Made by a program: the position numbers and the translations under genes | In this document: positions 20,266 through 29,813 of the stretch, piece by piece | Position numbering within the stretch: position 1 is the first letter of the stretch | How the letters are laid out: each line of letters starts with the position of its first letter | Source: an uncultured bacterium | Lineage (GTDB): Bacteria; Krumholzibacteriota; Krumholzibacteriia; JACNKJ01 | DNA: 64,000 bases | Direction: 5' to 3' | NCBI GenBank assembly: GCA_963695095.1 | Contig: CAVOFT010000001.1 | Coordinates: 1,504,001-1,568,000 of the forward strand | Notes under the pieces: generated by a model | The model's database searches: none | Seen by the model: only the letters and a program-made list of their open reading frames with translations | What the model was told of the DNA's origin: nothing

Positions 20266-22315
20266 ATGAACACGACCAGCACCCGCCGCCGCGTAGCCCT
20301 TCTCCTCCTCGCTTGCGGCCTCCTGGCTGGCGCGGCGGGTGGGGCCCGGGCCGGCTTCCTGCACCCCGAGGCGCCGCGCCTCATGAACTACTACCTGCGC
20401 ACGGATATTCCCGGCAAGGAGGTCTTCCTGGCCAACTGGGATCTGGTCGTGCTGCCCTACCAGCTCATCGACTGGGAGCCGATGAGCCTGGCCCTCATGA
20501 GACAGACCAATCCCGACCTGCGCATCCTGGCTTACATTGACCCGGTGCTGATCACGGACGCCCTGGGCGTGGACGACACGCCCGGCACGCTGCGCTACGA
20601 CTTCGTCACCGGGGTGCCGCCCGAGTGGCTGGCCTACACCGAGACCGGCGAGGTGATCTCCTTCTGGGCGCACGCCGAGCACGTCAACATCACTCCCGTC
20701 TGCCCGGTGGTGGGCGGCAAGCAGTTCCGCGACTACTTTGTCGACTTCCTCGCCCAGCGCTTCGGTCCGCTCATCGAGGCGGGCGTGATCCATGGCATCT
20801 TTCTCGACGAGATGAGCAGCGGCGGCTACCTCTGGTGGGACCCGCTGTTCGATGGCAGCTTCGACTACAACAACAACGGGCTCGCCGATCTCTACGAGGG
20901 CGGCATCGGCAGCGCGGGCATCCAGGCCTGGCTGGCCGACTCGCAGCGGATGATCGCCGACGGACTGCGCGCCGCCCTGCCCGCGGCGGCGGTGGTGATG
21001 GGCAACAACTCGCGGCCGCGCTTCGATGCCCTGCACGGCAAGCTCTACGAGGCCTTCCCCGGCGGTCGGGGCGAGGGCTACTTCGACGGCACCCTGATGG
21101 ACATGGACATCTGGAACTCCCTCGAGTTCGGGGACAACGTCACCTCCATCAACGCGGTCTATCCCTACGAGGAGCTGGGGGGCAGCCCCACGGACAAGCC
21201 GCCCTTCCGCTTCCGCTTCGCGGGCAGCCTGCTCGCGGACAACTACTTCAGCTACGACTTCACCACCTTCGATCACTACCAGGTCTGTCTGGTACGACCT
21301 CTTCAACCACGATCTCGGCCTGCCCCTGGGCCAGCGCTTCACGCTGGGCGAGAGCCCTCTGTTCGTCGACACCTTCGAGGGCGCCGTCGGACCCCACGTC
21401 GCGCCCTTCGCCCCGCACACGGCGACGAGCATCACCAGCGAGCCGGGACTCGTGCTGCAGGGGAACTCCTCGCTGCTCGTCACCACGAACAGCGTCGATC
21501 CCTTCCCGACGCTCTTCTACCTGCAGCCGCCCGGGGGCTTCCTGCCGGACACGAGCTACGTCATCTCCTTCCGCTACCGCGCCCTGGAAGTGGCGCAGGG
21601 CGAGACGCAGCTGTTCTTCAAGAAGAGCCCGGCGGATCCGGGCTCGCCCCCGGACCCGCCCACGACGACCACCCTCGTGCGCCCGGAGCCGGGCGCCGAA
21701 GGGCTCTACCGGGCCAAGGTCTACCTGGGCTCGCAGTCGAACTACAGCGTGCGGCTGATGACCAAGGGCGTCGTGAGCATGGTGATCGACTCGCTGAGCG
21801 TGGTCTTCGGCAACGGCGGCCTGCTCGCCCGCGAGTACGAGAACGGGCTCGTCGTCTGCAACGCCTCGGAGGAAGGCCAGGTCCTGGCCTACGATCCGCA
21901 GTGGCTGCTGCTGGGCGGCGACGGACAGGCGCAGGACTTCGCCCCCTGGCTGAGCGGGAGCCCGATCGTCCTGCCCAATGAAGACGGGGTGATCTTCGCC
22001 CGCAGCGGGACCGGTGCCGAGTTGCCGCCGCCGCCCGCCCGCCTGGGCCTGAGCGAGCCCTGGCCGAACCCCGGCAATCCGAGCTTCAGCCTGCGGGTCT
22101 GGGCCGAGGAGGGGCGCACCCTTGCCCTGGGCTTGCACGACATCCGGGGCCGCCGGCTGGCGCAGCTCTGGACCGGGCGGCCCGGGCCGAGCGGCCGCGT
22201 CCTCAGCTTCTCGCCGGGCGCCGGCGGGCTGCCGAGCCTGAGCTCGGGGGTCTACCTGCTGCGGGTCGAGGGCGGCGGGCTCAGCGCTCAGCGTCGCTGG
22301 GTCCTGCTGCGCTAG
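20266..22315 (+). CDS. Secreted putative glycoside hydrolase (TIM-barrel, GHL15-like) with CBM-like domain and degenerate CTD; apparent frameshift near 21289
   Basis: Signal peptide; NPDLRILAY, HGIFLD, FRFAGSLLADNYF; second frame continues WYDLFNHDLGLPLG, REYENGLVVCN, PWPNPGNP, SGVYLLR. Confidence 0.65.
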
Positions 22316-22325
22316 GGCCCGCGGC

Positions 22326-23162
22326 ATGCACCAGCTCTACATCAGCCTGCCGCTCACCCAGTACCGCCGCTACGAGGCGGAGCTGTCCGTTCTGCCCGCG
22401 GGGCTCGAGATCCTCATCGACGAGGCCGCCCTCGCCCCGGCCTTCGCCGGCGAGCGCGCCGCCATCGCCGCGGCCCTGCGCGCCCAGGGCCGCCCCTGCC
22501 GCTTCCACGCCCCCTTCCGCGACCTCGCGCCCGGCGGGCAGGACAGCGAGGCTGTCCAGCTGGCCCGGCGGCGCCTGGGGGCGGCCATCGACCTCGCCCC
22601 CGACTTTGGCGTCACGGCGATGACCGCCCATCCCGGCTGGGATCCCCAGGGCAGCGGCACCGCCGAGGAGCGAGCGGGCTGGCTCGAGCGGAGCATCGCC
22701 TTCTGGTCGGCGCTGGGGGAGCGGGCCGCGGCGCGCGGCCTGCGCATCGACCTGGAGAACATCTTCGATCGCGATCCCGGCGCCCTCGGCGCGCTGCTCG
22801 CCGCCCTGCCCGCCGACCGCTTCGCCTGGCTCCTGGATCTCGGCCACTGGCACGCCTTCAGCTTCGCGCCCTTGAGCGAGTGGCTGGCCGCCCTCGGCCC
22901 CCGCCTGAGCAGCCTGCACCTGCACGACAACGGTGGCGCCTCGGATGACCACCGGGCCCTCGGCGCGGGCAGCCTGCCGCGGCGGGAGGCCCTGGCGGCA
23001 CTGCGGGGCCTGGCGCGGCCCCTGGACTGGGTGCTGGAGAACCGCAGCGCGGCGGATATCGCCACGAGCGTCCGCCATCTCGCCCAGGAATCAGGCATCG
23101 CTGAATTCGAGGGCCTCGCGGGGGCGGGGGAAAGGGCGGCGCCGCCCCCGCAGCGCCCTTGA
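22326..23162 (+). CDS. Xylose isomerase-like TIM barrel (sugar phosphate isomerase/epimerase family)
   Basis: HAPF, HPG, LEN, LDLGH, HLHDN..DDH..LGAG, LE metal-ligand pattern. Confidence 0.85.
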   Translation: MHQLYISLPLTQYRRYEAELSVLPAGLEILIDEAALAPAFAGERAAIAAALRAQGRPCRFHAPFRDLAPGGQDSEAVQLARRRLGAAIDLAPDFGVTAMTAHPGWDPQGSGTAEERAGWLERSIAFWSALGERAAARGLRIDLENIFDRDPGALGALLAALPADRFAWLLDLGHWHAFSFAPLSEWLAALGPRLSSLHLHDNGGASDDHRALGAGSLPRREALAALRGLARPLDWVLENRSAADIATSVRHLAQESGIAEFEGLAGAGERAAPPPQRP

Positions 23163-23187
23163 CAGCGGCGTAACCCTTTGTTAGCTT
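23159..23187 (+). promoter_or_regulatory. Putative sigma70 promoter of rplM operon
   Basis: TTGACA-N17-TAGCTT with extended TG, ~95 nt before rplM. Confidence 0.65.
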
Positions 23188-23282
23188 GGGCTTTCGTTTC
23201 GATCCACCGAAGCGCCGGAACCAGACCCCAGGGTGAACGAGGGGTCCGCCTCTGCGCGCGGCAATCCTCAGATGGAGGAAGA

Positions 23283-23717
23283 ATGAAGACCCACGTCGCG
23301 AAGGCGGGGCAGGTCGGGGAGCACTGGTACATCGTGGATGCCGAGGGTCAGACCCTGGGCCGCCTCGCCACGCGTGTCGCCAGCATCATCCGCGGCAAGC
23401 ACCGCCCCGACTTCACGCCCCACGTGGACATGGGCGACCACGTGATCATCGTCAACGCCGCGAAGATCCATGTCACCGGCACCAAGGCCACGTCGAAGGT
23501 CTACACGCGCTACACCGGCTACCAGAGCGGCCTGCGCACGACGCGCCTGGACACGATGCTCGCCACCAAGCCCGGCGATGTCATCAGCCACGCGGTGCGC
23601 GGCATGCTGCCCAAGGGTCGCCTCGGGCGCAAACTCTGCCGGAAGCTGCGCGTTTACGCCGGCCCCGGTCATCCGCATGCGGCCCAGCAGCCCGAGCCGC
23701 TCACGATCGAGCGCTAG
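23283..23717 (+). CDS. rplM: 50S ribosomal protein L13
   Basis: [46 protein letters not shown]. Confidence 0.98.
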   Translation: MKTHVAKAGQVGEHWYIVDAEGQTLGRLATRVASIIRGKHRPDFTPHVDMGDHVIIVNAAKIHVTGTKATSKVYTRYTGYQSGLRTTRLDTMLATKPGDVISHAVRGMLPKGRLGRKLCRKLRVYAGPGHPHAAQQPEPLTIER

Positions 23718-23745
23718 AACGTCAATCGCAAGGAGTCCCGCTAAG

Positions 23746-24138
23746 ATGGCAGATTTCTTCAACGCCACCGGTCGCCGCAAGGAGTCGGTGGCCCGCGTGC
23801 GCGTGGTGATTCCCGGCCACGGCAAGCAGACCGTCAACGGCCGGCCCCTGGACGCCTACTTCGGCCGTCGCAACCTCATCATCGAGGTGCGCCAGCCGCT
23901 GGAGTACGTCGACATGATGGACTCCGTCGATGTCCACGCCACGGTGGCGGGCGGCGGCATCGCCGGCCAGGCGGGCGCGGTCCGCCTGGGCATCGCGCGG
24001 GCCTTGCTGACCAAGGACGAGGAGTTGAAGAAGACCCTGCGCGCCAGCGGCTGCTTGACCCGCGATCCGCGCATGAAGGAACGGAAGAAGTACGGTCAGC
24101 CCGGCGCCCGCAAGCGCTTCCAGTTCTCCAAGCGTTAG
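23746..24138 (+). CDS. rpsI: 30S ribosomal protein S9
   Basis: [40 protein letters not shown]. Confidence 0.98.
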   Translation: MADFFNATGRRKESVARVRVVIPGHGKQTVNGRPLDAYFGRRNLIIEVRQPLEYVDMMDSVDVHATVAGGGIAGQAGAVRLGIARALLTKDEELKKTLRASGCLTRDPRMKERKKYGQPGARKRFQFSKR

Positions 24139-24148
24139 TCGACCAAAC

Positions 24149-24225
24149 CACACACCGGTGGACTGGGCGCGCAGGTCTCCCCACGGGGAGCAACGCCCGG
24201 GATGAAGCCGGTGGCGGCAAGAACC
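24149..24225 (+). ncRNA. rpsB leader RNA (t44/S2-regulatory-like)
   Basis: CACACAC start, nested stems CACCGGT/GCCGGTG and CTGGGCG/CGCCCGG, apical CTCCC-CACG-GGGAG, ending GTGGCGGCAAGAACC just upstream of rpsB SD. Confidence 0.65.
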
Positions 24226-24238
24226 TGCAGGAGGCATC

Positions 24239-25108
24239 GTGAGCTATTCGATCACCATCAAGGACATGCTGGAGGCCGGCGTCCATTTCGGCCACCAGAC
24301 CCGACGCTGGAATCCGAAGATGAAGTCCTTCATCTTCGCCGAGAAGAACGGGATCTACATCCTGGATCTCCAGCAGACCCACCGGCTGGCCGCCATGGCC
24401 TACGAGAAGGTGCGCGAGATCTCCGGCGGGGGCGCGCCCATTCTCTTCGTCGGTCCCAAGAAGCAGGCCCAGGAGACGATCCGCGAGGAAGCCCAGCGCT
24501 GCGGGCAGTTCTTCGTCGTCGAGCGCTGGCTGGGCGGACTGCTCACCAATTTCCAGACGGTGCGCAAGAGCCTGGACAAGCTGGCCGACATCGAGAAGAT
24601 GGGGACCGACGGCCGCATCGAGCAGTTCAACAAGAAGGAGCGCATGCAGCTCGAGAAGACGCGGGACCGTCTGGAGCGCATGCTGGGCGGCATCCGGGGC
24701 ATGCAGAAGACCCCGGGCCTGATCTTCGTCGTCGACACCTCGCAGAGCGAGATCGCCATCAAGGAAGCGAACAAGCTCGGCGTGCCCGTCGTGGCCATGG
24801 TCGACACCAATTGCGACCCCGAGAAGGTGGACTTCCCGATTCCCGGCAACGATGACGCCATCCGCTCCATCCGGCTCTTCAGCCGCATGATCGCCGACGC
24901 CGTCATCGAGGGCGCGGCTGCCTTCAAGTCGCGCGAGCGCGAGGAGAAGGCGATGGTCGAGAAGGCTGCCGCCGAGAAGGCCGCCGAGCAGCGCCCGGCT
25001 CACCGCGCCGCCGGCGCCGAGGCCCGCGCGGAGGCCGCGCAGCGCGTGGCCGCCCGCATCAAGACCGCCGAGCCCGACGACGAGGCGCCGCTCGATCTGG
25101 ACGCCTAG
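24239..25108 (+). CDS. rpsB: 30S ribosomal protein S2
   Basis: [43 protein letters not shown]. Confidence 0.98.
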   Translation: MSYSITIKDMLEAGVHFGHQTRRWNPKMKSFIFAEKNGIYILDLQQTHRLAAMAYEKVREISGGGAPILFVGPKKQAQETIREEAQRCGQFFVVERWLGGLLTNFQTVRKSLDKLADIEKMGTDGRIEQFNKKERMQLEKTRDRLERMLGGIRGMQKTPGLIFVVDTSQSEIAIKEANKLGVPVVAMVDTNCDPEKVDFPIPGNDDAIRSIRLFSRMIADAVIEGAAAFKSREREEKAMVEKAAAEKAAEQRPAHRAAGAEARAEAAQRVAARIKTAEPDDEAPLDLDA

Positions 25109-25164
25109 CCTGCCGATCACCACCGCGAAGACGCCGACGAGGCAGCGAGGAGGAGGAGCCGATC

Positions 25165-25770
25165 ATGGCCGAGATCACCGCCAAACTGGTGAAGGAGCTC
25201 CGGGAGAAGACCGGCGCGGGGATGATGGACTGCAAGAAGGCGCTGGCCGAGAGCGGCGGTGACTACGAGAAGGCCGTCGACTACCTGCGCACCAAGGGTC
25301 TGGCCGACGCCAAGAAGAAGTCGGGTCGGGCCACCAAGGAGGGCCTCGTCTTCAGCTACATCCACCCGGGCGGCAAGGTGGGCGTGCTCGTCGAGATCGC
25401 CTGCGAGACGGACTTCGTCGCCCGCACGGAGCAGTTCCAGGAGCTCTGCAAGAACGTCGCCATGCAGGTGGCCGCGGCCGCGCCCCTGGCCGTCGATCGC
25501 ACCGCCCTCGATCCCGCGGTGGTCGCCCACGAGCTCGAGATCGCCCGCCAGCAGGCCCAGCAGTCCGGCAAGCCGGCGGCCATCCTCGAGAAGATCGCCA
25601 CCGGGCGCATCGAGAAGTACTACAGCGAGGTTTGCCTGCTCGAGCAGGCCTTCGTGAAGGACCCCGGCATGACCGTCAAGGATGTGCTGGATTCGACCAT
25701 CGGCACCCTGGGCGAAAACATGATCATCCGCCGCTTCGCCCGCTTCCAGCTGGGCGAAGATCTCTCCTGA
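25165..25770 (+). CDS. tsf: Elongation factor Ts (short form)
   Basis: VKELREKTGAGMMDCKKAL, CETDFVA. Confidence 0.97.
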   Translation: MAEITAKLVKELREKTGAGMMDCKKALAESGGDYEKAVDYLRTKGLADAKKKSGRATKEGLVFSYIHPGGKVGVLVEIACETDFVARTEQFQELCKNVAMQVAAAAPLAVDRTALDPAVVAHELEIARQQAQQSGKPAAILEKIATGRIEKYYSEVCLLEQAFVKDPGMTVKDVLDSTIGTLGENMIIRRFARFQLGEDLS

Positions 25771-25777
25771 GTCGCCC

Positions 25778-26491
25778 ATGACGACGGCCGCCTATCAGCG
25801 CGTCGTCCTCAAGCTGAGCGGGGAGACCCTCGGCGGACCCGACGGCCTGGGCCTCGATTTCGAGCGGGCCCGCTCCCTGGCCCAGGAGCTGGCGGCTCTG
25901 AAGCAGCTGAACTGCGGGCTGATCCTGGTCGTGGGCGGCGGCAACTTCCTGCGCGGGCGCGCCGCCAAGGCCGCGGGGCTCGCCGCCATCCAGTCCGATC
26001 GCATCGGCATGCTGGCCACCGTGATGAACGCCATCGCTCTCGGTTCCCTGCTCAGCGCCGCGGGCGCCGCCGCCCGGGTCTTCAGCGCCGTGCCGCTCGC
26101 GCCTTTCGCCGAGCCCTACACGAGCGAGGCCGCCTTCGCCGCCCTGGCGCGGGGCGAGATCGTCCTCAGCGCCGGCGGCATCGGCCATCCCTTCTTCTCG
26201 ACGGACACGACGGCCGCCCTGCGGGCGGTCGAGCTGGGCGCCGACTGCCTGCTCAAGGCGACCACGGTGGACGGCGTCTTCTCTGCCGATCCCCGGCGCG
26301 ATCCCGAGGCGATCCGCCTGCCGCAGCTCAGCTTCGCCGAGGTGCTCGAGCGGCGCCTGGCCGTGATGGACGCCACCGCCTTCGCCCTCTGTCAGGATCA
26401 TGGGGTGCCGATTCGCGTCTTTGATTTTTCGCAGCCGGGTGCGCTGGAGCGGGTGCTGAAAGGCGAACCGCTCGGCAGCCTGGTCAGCTAG
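25778..26491 (+). CDS. pyrH: UMP kinase
   Basis: LKLSGE, VVGGGNF, GMLATVMN, FSTDT, VMDATA. Confidence 0.96.
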   Translation: MTTAAYQRVVLKLSGETLGGPDGLGLDFERARSLAQELAALKQLNCGLILVVGGGNFLRGRAAKAAGLAAIQSDRIGMLATVMNAIALGSLLSAAGAAARVFSAVPLAPFAEPYTSEAAFAALARGEIVLSAGGIGHPFFSTDTTAALRAVELGADCLLKATTVDGVFSADPRRDPEAIRLPQLSFAEVLERRLAVMDATAFALCQDHGVPIRVFDFSQPGALERVLKGEPLGSLVS

Positions 26492-26500
26492 GAGGAGCGC

Positions 26501-27058
26501 ATGGACAACGAATTGCTCGTCGATGTCGAAGAGCGCATGAGCAAGACCGTCCGCAGTACCGAGCACGAGTTCAGCCAGATCCGCGCCGGCCGCGCCAGCA
26601 CCAATCTGCTCGATGGGATCCGCGTCGACTACTACGGCACGCCCTCGCCGCTGAACCAGGTGGCCACCCTGGCCGTGCCCGAGGCGCGCCTGATCACGGT
26701 CTCGCCCTGGGAGAAGAAGATGCTGGGCGCGATCGAGAAGGCGATCCTGGCCGCCAACATCGGCCTCACGCCGCAGAATGACGGCAGTGTCCTGCGCATC
26801 AACATCCCCACCCTGACGGAGGAGCGGCGCAAGGACCTGGTCAAGCGCGTCAAGCAGCTCGCCGAAGAGGGGCGCGTGGCCGTGCGCAATGTGCGGCGCG
26901 CGGGCATCGAGCAGGCGAAGCAGCAGGAGAAGGAGCAGACCCTCAGCGAGGACGAGCTCAAGCGAGCCACCGACGGCATCCAGAAGCTCACCGATCGCTT
27001 CGTGGCCGAGATCGACAGCGCGCTGGAGAAGAGGGTCGCCGAGATCATGGAAGTCTGA
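26501..27058 (+). CDS. frr: Ribosome recycling factor
   Basis: IRAGRAS, VDYYG, LTEERRKDLVK, VRNVRR. Confidence 0.97.
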   Translation: MDNELLVDVEERMSKTVRSTEHEFSQIRAGRASTNLLDGIRVDYYGTPSPLNQVATLAVPEARLITVSPWEKKMLGAIEKAILAANIGLTPQNDGSVLRINIPTLTEERRKDLVKRVKQLAEEGRVAVRNVRRAGIEQAKQQEKEQTLSEDELKRATDGIQKLTDRFVAEIDSALEKRVAEIMEV

Positions 27059-27065
27059 GGAGCGC

Positions 27066-27809
27066 ATGGCAGCGGCCGCCAGCCCAGAACGTCAGATTCG
27101 CGATCAAGGCGGGCCGCCGGCCCACATCGCCGTGATCATGGACGGCAATGGCCGCTGGGCGCGCCAGCGCATGCTGCCGCGAATCATGGGGCATCGCGAA
27201 GGCCGCAAGGCCGTGCGCCGCACGGTGGAGGCGGCCGCCAGTCTCGGCGTCCGGCACCTCACTCTCTTCACCTTCTCGATGGAGAACTGGCGCCGGCCCG
27301 GCGCCGAGGTGAAGGCCCTCATGCAGTTCCTCGAGGACGTGCTCGACACCGAGTGCGCCGAGCTGGACAAGCAGGACATCAGCCTGCGCGGGATGGGTCG
27401 CCTCGAGCTGCTGCCGCCGGGCACCCTGGCCCGCTTGCGCGCGGCCGAGGCGGAGCTGGCCGACAACCGGGGCATGCAGCTCGTCCTCGCCCTCAGCTAT
27501 AGCGGTCGGGCCGAGATCGTGGACGCGGCGCGCGCCTTTGCCGCTGCGGTGGCCCGCGGCGAGGCGCGCCCTGCGGATCTGGACGAGGAGCGCTTCGCGA
27601 GCCACCTCTATCTGCCCGAGCTGCCGCCCGTGGATCTGCTCATCCGCACGAGCGGCGAGCAGCGCCTCAGCAATTTCTGCCTCTGGCAACTCGCCTACGC
27701 CGAGATCCACAACACGACGACCCTGTGGCCGGACTTCGCGGCGGCGGACCTCCACCAGGCCATCCTCGATTTCCTGGGCCGGGAGCGACGCTTTGGCAAA
27801 GTCCTCTGA
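27066..27809 (+). CDS. uppS: Undecaprenyl diphosphate synthase
   Basis: HIAVIMDGNGRWA, FSMENWRR, LIRTSGEQRLSNF, WPDF. Confidence 0.96.
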   Translation: MAAAASPERQIRDQGGPPAHIAVIMDGNGRWARQRMLPRIMGHREGRKAVRRTVEAAASLGVRHLTLFTFSMENWRRPGAEVKALMQFLEDVLDTECAELDKQDISLRGMGRLELLPPGTLARLRAAEAELADNRGMQLVLALSYSGRAEIVDAARAFAAAVARGEARPADLDEERFASHLYLPELPPVDLLIRTSGEQRLSNFCLWQLAYAEIHNTTTLWPDFAAADLHQAILDFLGRERRFGKVL

Positions 27810-28647
27810 AGCCCTCCTGCAACTGCCCAGCCTCGGCCGCCGGCTGCTGGCTGCCGCGCTGCTCCTGCCCCTGGTCGTCTGGGTCGCCCTGACCGGCGGC
27901 TGGCTCTTCCTCGGCGTGACGGCGCTGTGGACCCTGCGCATGATCTGGGAATTCGGGGCCATGCGCCGGGCGCGAGGGCGGCGCTCCGGCTTCTTCCCCC
28001 TGGCCCTGATCGCGCTGGCCCTGATCGCCGCCTGCCACTGGGGCGGCGCCGAGCAGGCGGCGGCCCTGTTCGCGCTCGTCGGACTCGGCCTCTTCGGCGC
28101 CGACGCGCTGCGCGGCCGCTGCGAGGGCGGCACCGAGCGGGCCGGCGAGAAGCTGCTTTTCGTCTTCTACCTGGCCTGGCTGCCGGGCCACTGGATCCTG
28201 CTGCGCGAACTGCCGGCCTCGCTGGGGCTGCCGGCCGCCGTGGGCGGGCGCTGGTTCCTCTTCGCCGCGGGCGTCACCTGGCTGGGGGATAGCTTCTCCT
28301 ACTTCGTGGGCAGTCTCTGGGGCCGCCACTCCCTGCGCTCCCCGGTGAGCCCGCGCAAGTCGCTGGAGGGGGTCATCGGCGGCATGGCCGGGGCCGCGCT
28401 CTGCGCCTGGCTGCTGGCCCCGGCCTGGGCGCCCTTCCTGGCCGGCTGGCTGGCCGTCCTCGTCGGGCTTCTGCTCTCCCTGGCCGGCCAGCTCGGCGAC
28501 CTCTTCGAGTCCCTGCTCAAGCGCGACGCGGCCATCAAGGACAGCGGCCGCATCCTGCCCGGCCACGGCGGCCTGCTGGATCGCGCCGACAGCATGCTCT
28601 TCTCGATCCCCGCCTTTTACTACCTGCTGCGCTGGGCTATTCTCTGA
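27793..28647 (+). CDS. cdsA: Phosphatidate cytidylyltransferase
   Basis: SPRKSLEG, GDLFESLLKR..IKDSG..PGHGGLLDR; TTG start inferred. Confidence 0.93.
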   Translation: MAKSSEALLQLPSLGRRLLAAALLLPLVVWVALTGGWLFLGVTALWTLRMIWEFGAMRRARGRRSGFFPLALIALALIAACHWGGAEQAAALFALVGLGLFGADALRGRCEGGTERAGEKLLFVFYLAWLPGHWILLRELPASLGLPAAVGGRWFLFAAGVTWLGDSFSYFVGSLWGRHSLRSPVSPRKSLEGVIGGMAGAALCAWLLAPAWAPFLAGWLAVLVGLLLSLAGQLGDLFESLLKRDAAIKDSGRILPGHGGLLDRADSMLFSIPAFYYLLRWAIL

Positions 28648-28649
28648 GC

Positions 28650-29813
28650 ATGAAACGGGTACTCCTCTTCGGCGCCTCCGGGAGCATCGGCGGCAGCACG
28701 CTGGACGTGCTGCGCAGCCGGCCGGACGAGTTCCGCCTGGTCGGGCTCAGCGTCCACCGCAACACGGCGCCCCTGGCGGGCTGGATCCGCGAGTTCGCCC
28801 CGGCGCGCGTCCAAGTGACCGACGCCGCCGCCCACCGCTCCTGGGCCGAGGCCCATCCCGAGCACGCCTCCCGCCTTCTGCCCGCGGACAGCCCGGCGGA
28901 GGCCTTGCTGGAGACGCCCGCCCAGATCGCCCTCAACGGCGTGCTCGGCTTCGCCGGGCTGGCCGTCACCCTGGCCGTGCTCGCGGCGGGGCTCGATCTC
29001 GCCCTGGCCAACAAGGAGTCCCTGGTCTGCGGCGGCGAGCTGCTGGCCGTGGCCCGGCGGCGTGCCCGCGGCCGGCTGCTGCCCGTCGACAGCGAGCACA
29101 GCGCGCTCGCCCAGCTGCTCGCCGGTCGCCCGCGCGAGCAGCTCAGGCGGGTCTGGCTCACCGCCTCCGGCGGCCCCTTCCGCGAGCTGCCGCTGGCGGC
29201 CCTGGCCGCTGTCACGCCCGAGCAGGCCCTGCGCCACCCGACCTGGCGCATGGGGCCCAAGATCAGCGTCGACTCGGCCACCCTGATGAACAAGGGCCTC
29301 GAGGTGATCGAGGCCGCCCAGCTCTTCGACCTGCCACCGGCGATGATCGGCGTGCTCGTCCACCCTGGCTCCCTGGCGCACGCCCTCGTCGAGCTCAGCG
29401 ACGCTTCCCTGCTCTGCCAGATGGCCGCCCCCGACATGCGCCAGCCCATCCTCGCCGCGCTCTGCGACCCCGAACGGCCGGCGGCCGACTATGGCCGCTT
29501 GAACCTGGAGGCGCCGCTCAGGCTGGACTTCGCGCCTCTGGACGCCACCCGCTTCCCCGCCGTGGACCTGGCCCGCAGCGCCCTGGCCGCCGGCGGCACG
29601 GCGCCGCTGGCCCTGAATGCCGCCGACGAGCTCGCCGTAGCTGCCTTCCTGGCCGGTGGCCTGCCCTTCACGGGCATCGTGGCCGTCGTCGAGCGGGTGC
29701 TGGCGGCGGGGGGCTGGGAACCCGCCGGCGATTACCCTGCTTTAGTCGAGGCCGATCAGCGGGCCCGTGCCCTTGCCGCCCATCAGGTGCGCGCTCTCGA
29801 AAGGACCGCATGA
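28650..29813 (+). CDS. dxr: 1-deoxy-D-xylulose 5-phosphate reductoisomerase
   Basis: GASGSIG, LANKES, PVDSEHSA, TASGGPFR, HPTWRMGPKISVDSATLMNKGLE. Confidence 0.96.
   Translation: MKRVLLFGASGSIGGSTLDVLRSRPDEFRLVGLSVHRNTAPLAGWIREFAPARVQVTDAAAHRSWAEAHPEHASRLLPADSPAEALLETPAQIALNGVLGFAGLAVTLAVLAAGLDLALANKESLVCGGELLAVARRRARGRLLPVDSEHSALAQLLAGRPREQLRRVWLTASGGPFRELPLAALAAVTPEQALRHPTWRMGPKISVDSATLMNKGLEVIEAAQLFDLPPAMIGVLVHPGSLAHALVELSDASLLCQMAAPDMRQPILAALCDPERPAADYGRLNLEAPLRLDFAPLDATRFPAVDLARSALAAGGTAPLALNAADELAVAAFLAGGLPFTGIVAVVERVLAAGGWEPAGDYPALVEADQRARALAAHQVRALERTA

Noticed and set aside
25165..25770. Short EF-Ts as a truncation
   Set aside because: ~200-aa EF-Ts is a known natural form and the gene ends with a normal C-terminus.
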